DNA of 63,340 nucleotides, the filler included, from Asterionella formosa (taxonomy: Eukaryota), in NCBI GenBank assembly GCA_002256025.1. It is 2 parts of 2 records of this genome, joined end to end, with 100 filler letters (N's around TTAATTAATTAA, not from the genome) between each part and the next. Parts side by side here need not be neighbours in the genome. Positions count along the whole stretch, not along the records: positions 1 to 31,645 come from NKIB01000618.1; 1 more part is not named here. One strand, written 5' to 3'. Under the pieces are notes generated by a model that was not told the DNA's origin, did no database searches, and was given only the letters and a program-made list of their open reading frames with translations. Below, piece after piece: positions 11,099 through 21,825 of the stretch. Position numbers and translations under genes: made by a program. Each line of letters opens with the position of its first letter. Within the stretch, counting starts at the first letter, position 1.

Positions 11099-13740
11099 CT
11101 ATTCATCTCCTGCGCTATAAGCTGGCTCCTCTTCAATAATAACGGGCTCCTCGACGACATCCATGTCATCGATACACCCCGGGCAATTGGCCTCGATCAC
11201 AGAAGCTACCATAGGAGACTTCTCCTTAGCCCCTTCGACTGCCCCAGCAGCAGCTGCCTCCATCAAAGTTAGCTCACCGCCTCCTCCATCATCTCCATTA
11301 GCATCCAAATCGTCCTTCTTCTCCCCAGCTGGAGAAATCCCAAGTTGTAGTAAGGCAAGCTCTTCTTCGTTCTCTTTCAAACCCTTCAAACTCAACACTT
11401 GTTTTCGTTTAGTCTCGAGGATGGCGTTGATCTCTTCGGCTGGGTATCCAAGACTTCTCAGCACAGCACCACCAAATGGCAACGTCATGAGAACATTGTC
11501 TTCTGGCAAGATCGGCACCATGGCAGCAACATCAAGTGTTGTTTGCAATCGGTTCGCATGGTCGGCATTGACAGCACGAGCGAAGATCTTGACTTTGGGG
11601 TAAAGTCGACGAAGTGCAATTACAACTCGAGTGCATTGAGATCTGTCAGAAATGCAAACAATCACTGCTTTGGCGCTTCCTACATTGAAAGCCTCCGCAA
11701 CTTCAGTTCTTGCGATATCTCCATAGAATACAGGAAGACCCAAGTTGCGTGCTTGAATAGCCTTGTTGGGATCCACCTCGAGACCCACATACTTATACAG
11801 CTTGCGGTCTAAGAGATCGCAGACAACCTTACCCACAGCACCATAACCAACCACCACAGCAAAGTCATCACTTGCCTTGATCTCATTCGCGTCACGATCT
11901 TGTCCAAGATAATGAGTGAAATCACTCTGTTCTTCAAGTCTCTTGGCAATCTTGCCTCCGATGGAAGCCAAGAATGGCGTGACCGCCATCGAGAGAGCCA
12001 CACTAGTTAATAAAAGCTTTGTTGTCGGTTTATCTAAGATTCCAAGCGATCGAGCCAACCCGAAGGCAACAAAAGCGAATTCACCACCCTGAGCGACCAT
12101 TAAACCAGTTTGCTGCGAAGTTGACAATGAAAGTCCAAATGCAAGCGATAATGCTGTGGTAATGATGGCCTTCGTACTGATAATTCCCATCACAATTGAC
12201 CCAACAAGAGGCAAATTTCCAGCTATCAACCCCACATCAATTTCAAATCCAACAGTGACAAAGAAGAGACCCAAAAGGATTCCACGGAAAGGGGCGATAT
12301 CAGCTTCAACCTGGTAGCGATATTTTGTCTCCGACAAAAGAACACCTGCCAAAAATGCTCCTAATGTGTTGCTCAGTCCGAGGCCTTCAGTTAGGAAGGA
12401 CATGGACAGAACAGTCAAAAGAATAACGCCAAGAAATGCTTCCTGCGATTTAGCCTCAGCAACTACTTTGAACAAAGGATTCACCAAGTATCTTCCAGCC
12501 ATTGTAATTGCGCCAAGTGCCATACCTGCCTTGATCACAGCACTTGTGAGTGCATTCGCCAACCCAGATCCTCCGCCTGCCAAGATGGGAGTAACTACTA
12601 ATAGTGGAACAACAGCTAAGTCTTGGAATAAAAGCACCCCAAAAGATGCCTTCCCGAACCGAGTAGCAAGCTGCTCCTTGTCCTTGAGGAGTTGCAACAC
12701 AAAAGCAGAGCTTGATAGAGCAAGCCCTCCACCCAAGACAACACAAGCGGGGGCAGGCAAACCACAAAGCGCGCCAATGGCTCCAATCACAGCGGCCGAA
12801 ATCGTGAATTGGCTAAGGCCTAGTCCAAAAACATCCTTTCGCATGCTCATGAGGCGTTCGACACTAAGCTCAATGCCCATTTCAAATAAGAAAAAAACGA
12901 TTCCCAACTCAGCAAGGGTTTCGGTGGTATGAATACCACTGATCGTTCCCCAACCGTTTGGACCCATCATCATACCTGATGCCAAGAATCCCAGGATTGG
13001 CGACACTCGCATTCGTTGGCAAAGAGGAGTGACTAGCGCCGTTGCTAACAAAAGCAACAAAGTATCAGACTTGGGACCTTTCATAAAATTAGATAGATCA
13101 GATAAGCCCTCTTGAAAGGTCTTAGTTGTCTCTCGTGTAGCATCCTGTACAAGGTTTTCAGCCTTTTGCAATGCGGTCTCAGATGTCGAGCTTTTATCCC
13201 AAAAATTTACCGCCTTTGATTTCGCCTGTCCTCCACGAGCCTGCAAGCCAGATCCTTTCTGGATCATATGCATTTCAGGTTGCTGAGACTGGCTGTTGTG
13301 AACGTACTGATTGATGTCATGTCGCGAGCATAAGAGAACGGACAATGCCAGAGCTGCCGCTGTGAGGAGATTTCGTTTCTTGGCTTTCTGCCACATTAAA
13401 ATCTTTTGAGCCATGACTTTTGCTCGTGAAATGATTTTTCGGCAAGAACTTTGACCGCATTGTAGTAGTTGTTTGCGTCGGGACTTCACAAGGGCGAAAT
13501 GATCGTTAGCGTTTGAAGCTCAGTCCAGACAAATCTCGGGGTAAGATCTTATCTTACCATTTCACCCTGATCTGATCCAGTCATATAGAGCGTCTGTCGA
13601 CTGCGAACATCGTTATTCACCAGGCCTGCCATGGGCGCTCGAGAGTTCCGCAGTCCCGCCGAAGCTACTGGCGTCGTGAAGGCCTCACATCCAAGGGTGA
13701 GGCCAAAATAAATCAGTGCTAGCGGCGACACAATCTTCAT
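11099..13740 (-). CDS. Plastid-targeted KEA/KefB-type K+/H+ antiporter (CPA2 family plus KTN/TrkA-N domain); exons 13740-13558 and 13483-11099
   Basis: Exon 1 encodes a signal peptide and AF motif (MKIVSPLALIYFGLTLGCEA-FTTP). Intron 13557-13484 (GTAAGA...GCTAAC...AAG, phase 0). CPA2 motifs LAELGIVFFLFEMGIEL, LLFQDLAVVP, FRGILLGLFF, QGGEFAFV; KTN motifs VVVGYGAVG and FYGD. Confidence 0.92.
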
Positions 13741-14560
13741 TCTTCTTCAAATATTTCTAGATACTGATGGGTAACAAATAGCAAAGCGGCCCGCTCGTCG
13801 GCAACGAAGGACCCACCGTTGTGATTGATGATGAAAGGAATCGATGGAGAAAGGTGACGAGTTATGATCAAGCCTTCATATTTTTCTTATGTTTGCAAGT
13901 ACCGGTAGGTCATCCCCCCTACGTCCGTCTTGTATGACATATGCCTGTAGATAACAATTGCTAAGATTTAGATCTCCATGAACATACGTATGCAGGTATG
14001 TACATCTACAACTTAGATATGATCCCTGACGTGATGTCATAATTGCGTTGCATATTACTATCAGTACATATGTGTGTTCTCCCATTCGCAGCTGGTAAAC
14101 AATAAGGCAGTCGCTTGATTTTTCGTTCTGAATCCTTTTTATCACTTGATGGTACCCATCAGGAGTATTCAGTATATGAAAAAGAATACGATGAAACACT
14201 CACGATACCATCGTCTTTGGGCTACCAGTATGCTGGTTTATCCCTAAATACGTCGACTACCGCAACAACAACAAAAACCTGTGTTTGGCTCGGTTTTGGT
14301 CCGGCAGCAACAACGACGGCCTTCTTAGCTAATAATTTCTGTAAACCGGTAGTCGGCTCATGTCTTTCTTACCGGTATGTATCCTTTTATGGTCACATGA
14401 ACACCCTGGTATCAGTCCATCACTACCAGGTAGCAGCAATCTTAAATCATTGCTAGTTCCAATCAAATCATCAAAACACAAATCTCCACTTAATTCGCAT
14501 TTTGGCATTGGATCTTTCATTTTCGTTTGGAATTGCAAGCATTCAACATCACCGTATCCC

Positions 14561-17014
14561 ATGACCAAAAAGAAGGATTCATTGCCCAGAAGCAAAACAA
14601 GCAGTAGAGCCAAGGTGTCTTCAATGGAGCGCCCAACTGGCAAGCGCAAGAGCACAAATGGTATCAATAAAACAGAAAGCCAATCAAAATCAATCGATAT
14701 CAAGGAGAGGCGTAAACTGCGAAAGCGCCAAGATCAAATTGAACATGAGAAGCAACGTGACAAAAATGGAAACATTGTCTATGGCGAAGGCGAAGAATCA
14801 TTTTGGGAAGTGGAAAAAGTCGTCGGACGTCGTATGATAAAGAAAAAGGTGCAATATCTGGTCCGTTGGAAGGGATTTTCCGAAGCCGAAAATACATGGG
14901 AGCCAGCAGAACACTTGTGTGATACTGCCATGGCGGAGGCCAAGAGGTATACCACTATGATGAAGAAAAGAATCAAAGAACTGGAGGAATCTGAAGAACT
15001 TTTGTTGGCACCTGACCAAGGTGGCGCTATTCATACTGTGACGAGTTCTGACATTGTTCCAGATGAAGTGCCTAGCGGTGATGCCATTCACAATCCTGCT
15101 GCTGGTTTAGAAGATGGACGGTGGGCGTGGACAGATGAAGAACAAATTAACTACCAACAAGTCGAGCGCATAAAGGTTAGTGATCTTGATGCAAAGGAGC
15201 GAGTGACGATTGCTCGAGTGAATGGAACTCCTGTGGTTTTGATAGGACACGTCGGATGGGCCAATTTTGCCAAGGATTGGTTGGAACCAACAAGCAGCGA
15301 CCAAGTACACGATTCCGAGACATGGATAGATCTGTCCAAGCCTCACTTTCTCAACATTGAGAAGATGATTTTGAGCATTGGAAATGAAGAAGTACCCGTG
15401 GTCAGACGAAACTATAACGAGACAAATCCAATACATGGCAATATCTTGGCTTCGAAGTTCCTCAGTACCTGCTGGCCCAATGCAAATGACGTCAAGTCAA
15501 TACCACCTACAGGATCTGGACCAAATCTCTATCTTCATCAATGGCAGTTCCCACTTTCGGATACAGCTGGTGGTAAGCTCTGTCATCAAAGCAATCGGTT
15601 GCCGAATGATATCCTTGGAGAAGATCTTTTGAAGTATTGGATTGACTTGCCTCAGTGCAAAGGAGATAGCCCACTTCAATACTTATTTATGGGGCGCGAA
15701 GAGACCATGTCAAAGCTTCATCGCGATAATGGTGGGCTTGCGATTTTAATTGCTCCCATTGTTGGGGAGAAAGAGTGCGTCCTTGTACACAGGTCCGATG
15801 GGGCCAGCTGTCTCTACCATCTCGACGCCAAGCTTGATGATATCGACTTGCATGCATATCCTCTTATGGCACATGCTCGAATCTGGAAGACGACTATTCA
15901 GCCGGGAGAAATTCTTCTCATGCCTCATGGCACGTATCACCAATGCCGCAATGTCTCGCCTTGTCTTTCCTACAGCAGATTTCATTTGGACGCAGTGAAC
16001 CTTCTTGCCTTCTTTCAATCAATGATAGATGGCGATGCTCCAGAGATTCTACACAAAGACGTTCTATGGAACTCTACAACAGAGCTGATTCGCAAGATTG
16101 ATCGATATTTTGATTTGATTAGAGCTAGGCGAAAGTCAAACTCATTTTATACCTTACCTCCACTAAACAATGACATGGTAAAGACAGTCGATACCTTAAG
16201 AGCACTACGTCATATTTGTCGCGAATTGCATCGTCGTGAAAATGTTCAGAATACTGTCAAGGGAAAGAGAGTGCCTGGGATTTCAGTTCGAGCCAGTAAG
16301 GCATCAGACAGAAAGACAGTTTGCCCCGTTGTCGGAGCTGCTAGTCCAGCCAATCTTGAGGCCAGTAGACCTGATCATGACTGGAGCATCATAGTTGATG
16401 ATATTGATATCTGTTTGCACGAGTTTCGTCATCGAAACATGGATCGGATTCCTCCGTTCCGACCGAGGCGCGAAAAGAAATCAAAGGATAAAGCAGCACT
16501 GATGGACCAAGCAATTATCGACGAGTCCCAAGCGTATCCTGATGGATCGATTGCACCAGTGACAATATTCGCCACCGATGTTGAAAGCGCTTTTTTGGAT
16601 CTACCGTATGCATCTATTCGAACGCTCGAAGACAAGAAACCCATCGCCTTCCAAGAAGGCAATCACGTTATTGTACACCTCCACGGACGGCGCGCCGAAG
16701 GTGTTATCATGGAAATTTGTTCTCCGATGGATGCTGCCTACTTGAGCTACGAAGACTATCCTGCGTTCTATGACGAGTATCAGCCTTACGAGAAACTTCG
16801 ATCTCCAATTGGAGGTGATAGAGCGGCTGAGATGCCCCCTGATGAAGTCCAACCAGGTATCGTTGTCATGAATAGATGGGGCGATCTCGGTGAAGAATAC
16901 AGAGCAGTTGTTCGGCACACTAGCACAGAAACGTTCTTGAAGGTCCGACTTAATTTGGGAAGTTGTCACATTTTGCGCTGGGTCCCGGTAATGTCCATTG
17001 TCAAGAAGTTGTAG
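14561..17014 (+). CDS. Chromodomain plus JmjC-domain protein with a C-terminal Tudor/chromo-barrel-like region
   Basis: Chromodomain FWEVEKVVGRR...YLVRWKGFSEAENTWEPAEHL. JmjC YLFMG...SKLHRD...GEK...PGEILLMPHGTYHQCRN, with intact HxD...H. Start placed at ATG 14561 (MTKKK), within ORF 14360..17014. Confidence 0.9.
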   Translation: MTKKKDSLPRSKTSSRAKVSSMERPTGKRKSTNGINKTESQSKSIDIKERRKLRKRQDQIEHEKQRDKNGNIVYGEGEESFWEVEKVVGRRMIKKKVQYLVRWKGFSEAENTWEPAEHLCDTAMAEAKRYTTMMKKRIKELEESEELLLAPDQGGAIHTVTSSDIVPDEVPSGDAIHNPAAGLEDGRWAWTDEEQINYQQVERIKVSDLDAKERVTIARVNGTPVVLIGHVGWANFAKDWLEPTSSDQVHDSETWIDLSKPHFLNIEKMILSIGNEEVPVVRRNYNETNPIHGNILASKFLSTCWPNANDVKSIPPTGSGPNLYLHQWQFPLSDTAGGKLCHQSNRLPNDILGEDLLKYWIDLPQCKGDSPLQYLFMGREETMSKLHRDNGGLAILIAPIVGEKECVLVHRSDGASCLYHLDAKLDDIDLHAYPLMAHARIWKTTIQPGEILLMPHGTYHQCRNVSPCLSYSRFHLDAVNLLAFFQSMIDGDAPEILHKDVLWNSTTELIRKIDRYFDLIRARRKSNSFYTLPPLNNDMVKTVDTLRALRHICRELHRRENVQNTVKGKRVPGISVRASKASDRKTVCPVVGAASPANLEASRPDHDWSIIVDDIDICLHEFRHRNMDRIPPFRPRREKKSKDKAALMDQAIIDESQAYPDGSIAPVTIFATDVESAFLDLPYASIRTLEDKKPIAFQEGNHVIVHLHGRRAEGVIMEICSPMDAAYLSYEDYPAFYDEYQPYEKLRSPIGGDRAAEMPPDEVQPGIVVMNRWGDLGEEYRAVVRHTSTETFLKVRLNLGSCHILRWVPVMSIVKKL

Positions 17015-17959
17015 TTATTGCCTATCTGGGGAATAAGGAGTTTGTGAATAAATTACAGAACTTATTGAACAGCTTATTATAAATTGCTAATAGCATATCT
17101 GATTTGTTTTTTGTGAACCAGATAGAACGTTGTGATGCGAGTTATTGTTCGGTCTGGGGTGAATTTGTTATTGGAAATATAACCATTTATTTCAAATATA
17201 TTCTGTTCACTTCTCTTGGTTTAGTTAATACCTGATCATTTATTGTCCAACACATTGATTAGGATTGTTCAATACCAGTAATCCTATCTGTAGATTCCTG
17301 GTACCGGTACACACCCTGTAACATTTAGTATCTAAAGACTCTATTATCAGTATACATCAGCAATTCGCTAGCTCGTGGTCCATCATATGGTATGGATGTA
17401 TTCTGTATAGAAACTGAGTGGTAATAAATGGAAAGAACGAATTCTTGCAATGCTGCAATTACATTATTAAACTTTTGGAATTCTTTGAACTTTCTGAAAT
17501 ATATTCTCTGTACTTCGTTTGCAAGATTGGAGAATGGCAAATTGATCAGCTGTGGAACTGAAGAAATGCCGCAGCGCCTTGTCTCATTCCTAGATAAGCT
17601 TTGATAGTCACCACATTTTTGTTAGGGCGATATATACTGTGATAGTCTATTCCTCCAACAAATTGGATGGCCAGTAGGTCTTGACTACCGGGTCCAGGTG
17701 CACAATATCTACAAGCAGACTACCATTAGCCTTGATGAATGCATAAGAAAATTCTATAGCCTACTTTGATACCTCTACTAAAAATTGATAGCAACCCCTG
17801 CCTCTTTATTGCTACCTTTTCCCATGAGTGGAATCTTTTAGTTGTTGCCGCAATGACAGTAAATTTTCATTTAATCAACCATGAAGAATGAGGAATGCTG
17901 AATTCAACTTCATTGGACACAACATTGGAAATGCGATTTTTACATCAGCCAGTAAATTG

Positions 17960-18200
17960 ACATCATTCCTAGTGTCCCCAACTGAATCCCACTGACAAGC
18001 CTGTAAAGCACAAAAACGACGATTTGTCCACATTCGAATTAAGAGAATTAGGCGGTTGCTACTATGTTAGTTGACTATTCCATTCTATCATACTTCCAGC
18101 ATCAATGAATGCTGGAAAGCTTGGACTAACATAAGTAGTCGCATTATCATGTTGCAGATATACTGCCCTTGATTCAATTTGCCATGTCAGGCCATTTTGC
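17960..18200 (-). mobile_element. Tc1/mariner transposase remnant (plant-mariner/DD39D-like C-terminal motifs)
   Basis: Manual minus-strand translation gives VYLQHDNATTYVSPSFPAFIDAGSMIEWNSQLT**QPPNSLNSNV. This matches the QQDNAxxH...W.I.L..QPPNSPDLNV pattern and contains in-frame stops. Confidence 0.6.
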
Positions 18201-19039
18201 ACATTAAGAAGTAACTACCTTCCTGATAATGTAGTACTAGTCTGCATAAACCTCCTTTTGCTACTAGTCTCCAGAAACCTTGTCGCTGCGCCCTATTCGC
18301 CGACTTCATGGTTGCTGATACCTGTTTGATGAATGGAGATATTCCTATTTTACCATTTTTCCGCCACCTTCACTTGAATCACAGCAGTAGCTGCTGCAGT
18401 GATCTCGTCATAGTTGTTGGCTGATTGTGGCATAAAAAGCCACGATTCCTGCAAATAGGAGATATATAAATCAGTGAGAGTTGCTTAGTTGAAAGCCGCA
18501 GCCAATTACAAAGGGCACAGACCAATGATTGCCATTCTTACCTTATTTTGTCTCTGGAATGACACAAGCATGAGCTAGATTACTTGTGTGAGTGCTTACA
18601 ATGAACAAATAGCAAGACAACATATGAAACAACTCACAACCTACCACAGAAGGCACCAACAACAAAGCCTTGAACTTTTATTCATTGAAAGCTGTAATTT
18701 AGAGAGGAGGATGAGGTGTGAGAAGAAGAAGCTCAGATTATGCATCAATTGCATCAAACTTACTGTGCAGAGTCCACCATAATCAATGTGGTTTTCCATG
18801 CTTTTGGCATATTTTGCAAATTTATGTGGTGCAAGAATTATTATGATAGAGCCTAATTCAATTAATTTAAAATAGGGGTGGACAAGTGCAATGGTTCTTA
18901 TTTACTAATACCAGTATTATCTGTGTAAGCTAAAATGAACACACAAATGCTGACCAAAAAGTTTACTGGTACCTGGTACCGGTAAATGCAAGTATGACAA
19001 ACAAGGGAGTATCATTCTTTTCATAAACTCAACCTGCAT

Positions 19040-19210
19040 TGCAGCCACATTCTCGCTAATGATGACGTGTTTCGCTGTGTTTTCCCTAAAACTAGTGCAT
19101 GTATTATTATTTAGTATATAATGCAGCCACATTCTCGCTAATGATGACGTGTTTCGCTGTGTTTTTATTGACCTAAAACTAGTGCATGTATTATTATTTA
19201 GTATATAATG
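19040..19210. repeat. Tandem direct duplication, two copies of 82-88 bp, upstream of the NDH2 gene
   Basis: TGCAGCCACATTCTCGCTAATGATGACGTG...TTTAGTATATAA occurs at 19040 and 19122, with a small indel in the second copy. Confidence 0.9.
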
Positions 19211-19553
19211 TACCGTTTCTATCCTTTTTATGATACCTATTATAAACATTTATGTATACCTGCTCTCTGTCCGCCACCATCACACGCGCAAACATTGTAA
19301 CTTTTTATGCATGTATAAAATGATGTCGATGATGAGTCGATCTTGGCTGTTCGATAATGCATCATGAACGACATCAGCAAGGCTCACAACAGGCTAGTGA
19401 GGCTTCGCATTCCCATCGGTGAATCTCTTCTTAAAATATATCCAATTCTTACTAACACGACACCTAAGAGTCATAAATTCAGGAAAGAGCCTCAATCGAT
19501 TCTTGATCATAATTCTCATCGGAGAAAAAACAAACGAAGGAAACACAAAAAAC

Positions 19554-21498
19554 ATGAAAATCCAAACCGTAGCACTGGTGCTTGCAACCTTCAGCTCCTC
19601 CAATGCTTTTCGTCCTCTCAAAGGCAGCGTGCAGCGACAAGGTCACCGATTGCACATTACAAAAGACGAAGAAAGACATTTGAGACGAGATCTAGAAAGC
19701 AAGAACAGCATTGTGGAGGATGAATCGAGATATTCCATCCATGACGGAGCAGACATGCAAGGAGTCTTTCTCCAAGATGCTGCCAAGTTCAAGGACCCTC
19801 TGAAGCACAATCGCGAACCCAAATCCTTGACCTCCATGATGGATCGCATGACAAAGCCGAGAGCGTATCCACTGTTCTTGGCTGAGAAAACAGCGGAATT
19901 TTTTGAGGCGGCCATTCCACTTCTTGGCAAGGCCGGTATTGGCAAGCCTAAAGGAACCAAGGAAAAGATCGTGGTACTTGGTACTGGATGGGGAGCTGCG
20001 TCCTTCTTGAAATCAATCGATACGGATCTATTCGATGTCACTGTTATCTCTCCGAGAAACTACTTCTTGTTTACGCCCATGTTGGCGGGGGCGTCGGTTG
20101 GTACAGTCGAGTTTAGGTCAATCACCGAACCGATTCGTGAGGTGAGTTTCATTTCGAAAGTTCGTTTCTGAATGAATGTATTCCTGATTATTTCTGACAC
20201 CCTCCCCTTTCTTCAACTGAACTAAGATTAACCGAGACGCCAACTTCCTAGAAGCCCTTGCCACATCAATTGACACAACGACCAAAACTATTTCGTGCGA
20301 ATCAGTCGTCTGTAGCGGTAATGAGTGCAACATTGCAGATTTTACTGTCAACTACGATCGTTTGATCTTCTCGATTGGAGCTCAGACCAACACCTTTGGT
20401 ATTCCGGGCGTTCGTGAACACTGCTGCTTTTTGAAGCAAGTGGAAGATGCTCGCCGCATCAGGACAAATATTGTCAATTGCTTTGAACGTGCCAATATCC
20501 CCTCCCTTACAGATAAAGAGAGATACAACAATCTTTGCTTTGCCGTGATTGGCGCTGGACCTACAGGTGTGGAATTCGCAGCGGAGTTGAGGGATTTCAT
20601 CGAAGAAGATGGTCCGAAGTATTATCCTGATTTACTCCAATTCGTTCGAATCATGGTTATAGAAGCGTCGTCCACAGTATTGGCTCCATTTGATAAGACG
20701 CTTCAGGACGAGGCAATCAAACAGTTCAAAAAGAAAGTCAATATTGCTGATCCAGATGCAAGAAACCTTTTGCCAATGAACTTTGAGTTGACGGAGTTAT
20801 TGTTGGATAGCGCTGTCAAGGAAGTAACCGAGAAAATTATCACATTGCAAGATGGACGAGAGATCAACTATGGATTGGCTGTCTGGGCTGCTGGAAACGG
20901 TCCTCTTCCTTTGTCTCTACAATTAATTGATTCTCTTGGTGAAGCGCAAGCTGCAGAGCAGAAGGTAGCTCGGGGTCGTTTGGCTGTCGACCCATGGATG
21001 CGTGTGATAGGTTCAGACGGAAATATAATGGCATTTGGTGACTGTACCTGTATGACACATGGTCAACTTCCTGCCACTGCTCAAGTCGCATCCCAGCAAG
21101 GAGAATACTTGGCTGGTGTGATGAACAAGAACTACAACATGAGCCCTGAATATTCAGTGGATGGGATCTTCCCTCCTCCCACCAGGGATCCTGATCGCAT
21201 TGTCACCTCTGTCTCCGAAGCTATTGCTGGATTCGCCACACAAAGTGAGGATTATGCCAAACCATTCCAATTCCTCAATTTGGGTATTTTGGCTTATACT
21301 GGTGGCGGCACTGCACTGTCACAGGTCTCCTTGATTCCTGATGCACCTGATTGCAAGATTCGGGGAAGTGGAGAGTTCGGAAATGCTGTGTGGAAGAGTG
21401 TGTATTTATCCAAGCAAGTATCGTGGAGAAACCGAGTGTTAGTATTGAACGACTGGACCAAGCGAAGGTTATTTGGACGCGACATTACACGTCTTTAA
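19554..21498 (+). CDS. Type II NAD(P)H:quinone oxidoreductase (NDH-2), predicted plastid-targeted; exons 19554-20141 and 20227-21498
   Basis: Presequence [24 protein letters not shown] site [24 protein letters not shown] site [35 protein letters not shown]-terminal [15 protein letters not shown]...FGRDITR. Intron 20142-20226 (GTGAGT...AAG, phase 0). Confidence 0.92.
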
Positions 21499-21825
21499 AT
21501 TCCTCGGAGAATTTCCTAAAAGGCTCGTCATGCCAAGCAAATCATACTACATGGATCTGGCACTATCATAGGGATGGCACCAGTTTACATCTCATGCATT
21601 ATTGTCTGTGATAATAATCTCATACAAATTAATAAATAACTCTTAGTGCTGGCCTCTATTTTCTCTTTTGCAATAAAGAAGAACAAAAAACATATTACAT
21701 CTAGTTCCTCGACTCGAGCTTCTGATTTCACCTTGTACATTGAAGCGTTTGATAATATTGACCATTCATAAATTTTAAAAGGAAAAAAGTAGAAAGTAGC
21801 ATACCTGTAGTTTCCTGTTCTCTAC

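Noticed and set aside
14360..14560. 67-aa N-terminal extension of the chromo-JmjC ORF
   Set aside because: Composition looks like UTR or promoter read-through; ATG 14561 is the more plausible start, though not proven.
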